64,000 nt of DNA from Octopus sinensis (Eukaryota). A program made the translations under genes and the position numbers. Each line of letters begins with the position of its first letter. Positions within the stretch are counted from its first letter, which is position 1. Of this stretch, positions 61,848 to 64,000 are shown in pieces. Where the stretch lies: contig NC_043018.1 of the NCBI RefSeq assembly GCF_006345805.1, positions 12,214,001 to 12,278,000 of the forward strand, written 5' to 3'. The notes beneath the pieces are model-generated. The model was not told the origin of the DNA. It ran no database searches and saw nothing but the letters and a program-made list of their open reading frames with translations.

Positions 61848-64000
61848 CGAGATATATATATATATATATTCTTTTTTCTTTTATTTGTTTAAGTCATTTC
61901 ACTGCATCCATGCTGGAGCACCACCTTTAATCAAACATATTAACCCCAGGACTTATTCTTTGTAAGCCTAGTACTTATTCTGTCGGTCTGTTTTGCCAAA
62001 CTGCTAAGTTACGGGGACGTAGACATACCACCATTGGTTGTCAAGTGGTGGTGGTGGGGGACAAACACACACACACACACACAGACATATGTATACGAGG
62101 GGCTTCTTTCAGTATCAATCTATCAAATCCACTCACAAGGCTTTGGTTGGCCCGAGGCTATAGTAGAAGACACTTGCCTAAGGTGCCACGCAGTGGGACT
62201 GAACCCAGAACCATGTGGTTGGTAAGCAAACTACTTACCACACAGCCACTCACATGTTTATATATATTATATATATTATGTATATTATGTATATTATACA
62301 TATGTATATATGTGATGCACACACATGCGTGTGTAGATATATTTGTGTGTGTGTGTGTGTGTGTGTCTATGTATATATATGATATATATATATATATTGT
62401 TTTTAGTTAGGCTATCAGGCTGTCAAGTGCCTGAGTAGAAATGTCTGCTGGAGCTCAGCCTATCAGCGAGAGACAACCATGAGTAGAACTGTGTGGACCC
62501 AATAACCTAATTGTTTGTTACCTTTTTGACACCTTAGTAGATGAAATAAGGTTGAATCTAATCAATAAAAGATAAATAATAAAAGAATGTAAGTTACTAT
62601 TCCCAGTGTTAGGATGGAAGACGATCAAAGAAAACCAGGAACATTAAGGCAAGAATCAACAAATCTTGGCCTTACACGGGGCATTCTCAATTTCATTATC
62701 AGTAAACTGTCCTAGCTTGTGTTTAAAATTATTGATGTTTTGTGTGTGGCCTTGATATCTTCAGGCAACCCATGTATGCAGAACATGCAACAAAATTCAA
62801 TAAGTTCTCCAATCTATTTAGACTAATCCTTTTGATGAATATTCTATTCTGATTTCTGTTTTCTCCACCGTTTAATTCGAAGTTGGTAATTTCCAGGGAT
62901 AAGAACGGCATATACATATCAAGATGGCGTTTATGAGAAAATAATGATAGCCTTTTTGCATTGATTTGAAAGGTGTGTGAGAGAGAGAGAGAGAAAACTG
63001 GCGGAAAGATGTGTGGACTCCAGCCCCTTATTCAACACGTTCTTGGGATAAACCGTCATCAGTGCTTAATGGGAAATACCGTACTATTCTTTTGTATAAT
63101 TAGTAGTCGTGTAAGGTGGCAAGCTGGCAGAAACGTTAGCGTGCTGGGGAAATGCTTAACAGTATTTCATCTGCCGCTACGTTCTAAGTTCAAATTCCGC
63201 CAAAGTCAACTTTGCCTTTCATCCTTTTGGGGTAGACTAAATAAATACCAGTTATGCACTAGGGTTGATATAATCAACTTAATCCGTTTGTCTGTCCTTG
63301 TTTGTCCCTTCTGTGTGTAGCCCCTTGTGGGCAGTAAAGGAATAAGAAACATTAGTGCACTGGACGAAATGCTTAGCGGTATTTCATCTATCACTATGTT
63401 CTGAGTTCAAATTCCGCTGAGGTCGATTTTGCCTTTCATCCTTTCGAGGTTGATAAAGTAAGTACCAGTTGTGTACTGGGGTCAATCTTATCGACTGGCT
63501 CCCTCCCCCAAAATTTTGGGCCTTGTGCCTAGAGTTGGAAAGAATTATTAGTAGTCATGTTTACTTTGCAACTATTATTATTCTGAAATACTGACAGTAA
63601 CAGTCGCAGTTTCGATTCTTGGTTGAGTAGTCAGGTAACTCATGTACTGCTTTTACTGGAAAATGCATGAAAGGGTTCATATTTTTCAAGGTGATAAGAG
63701 GGTGATTTGAAGGGGATTATAGAGAAATTAAAATTTTAAAGGGCCGTTTTTTCTTTTTCTTTTTTTTGCAGAATCAGAATCTCTGTACTCGAAAATGGAG
63801 GATTCTGTAAAAAACAAAAAAATAAAGGGGATGTGGTCCACATTCTTTACATCTGGCGCGGTATTTAGTCACGGTCCTTTACGTTTTGAGTTCAAATCCT
63901 TTCAAAGTTTACTTTGTCTATATTCCTTCTGGAGGTCAATATAATAAAATACAAGTGAAGTAATGCCTTATATAAAGAATCCAAGATATAAATAGAACTG

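Noticed and set aside
62729-63040. ~100-codon minus-strand open frame, and a plus-strand C-x2-C...F-x5-L zinc-finger-like trace at 62765-62825
   Set aside because: No recognisable homology or convincing splice sites; the finger needs a frameshift and lacks the histidines. A BLASTx search would settle it.
20945-63545. Possible tRNA genes
   Set aside because: All A/B-box-like segments are heads of multi-copy SINEs with body and tail; none folds into a full cloverleaf by eye.

Overview
Eukaryotic, AT-rich, repeat-dense animal DNA. The SINE families and microsatellite-rich introns resemble an octopus/coleoid cephalopod genome (inference, not verified). The window is dominated by the 5' two-thirds of an Integrator complex subunit 1 (INTS1) gene on the minus strand. 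I assembled 32 GT-AG coding exons by hand (49092 down to 526; 4245 nt = 1415 codons, phases consistent throughout), and the gene runs off the window start. Introns and the upstream region are filled with tRNA-derived SINEs (at least 5 families), RTE LINE remnants, Tc1/mariner elements (DD34D mariner, DD37D maT-type, MITEs), Helitrons, Gypsy LTR fragments, a Penelope-like fragment and microsatellites. Most short ORFs in the supplied track are spurious. I did not find a clear new multi-gene system. Most interesting observations: (1) a MITE-like inverted repeat at the probable INTS1 promoter that encloses a TTAGGG tract and supplies ETS (CCGGAAGT) sites; (2) a decayed Penelope-type hammerhead ribozyme motif; (3) a perfect 48-bp hairpin; (4) a SINE insertion that captured 53 bp from 2.3 kb away; (5) a candidate poison exon; (6) facing inverted Gypsy copies upstream of the promoter; (7) a near-identical 0.9-kb tandem duplication.
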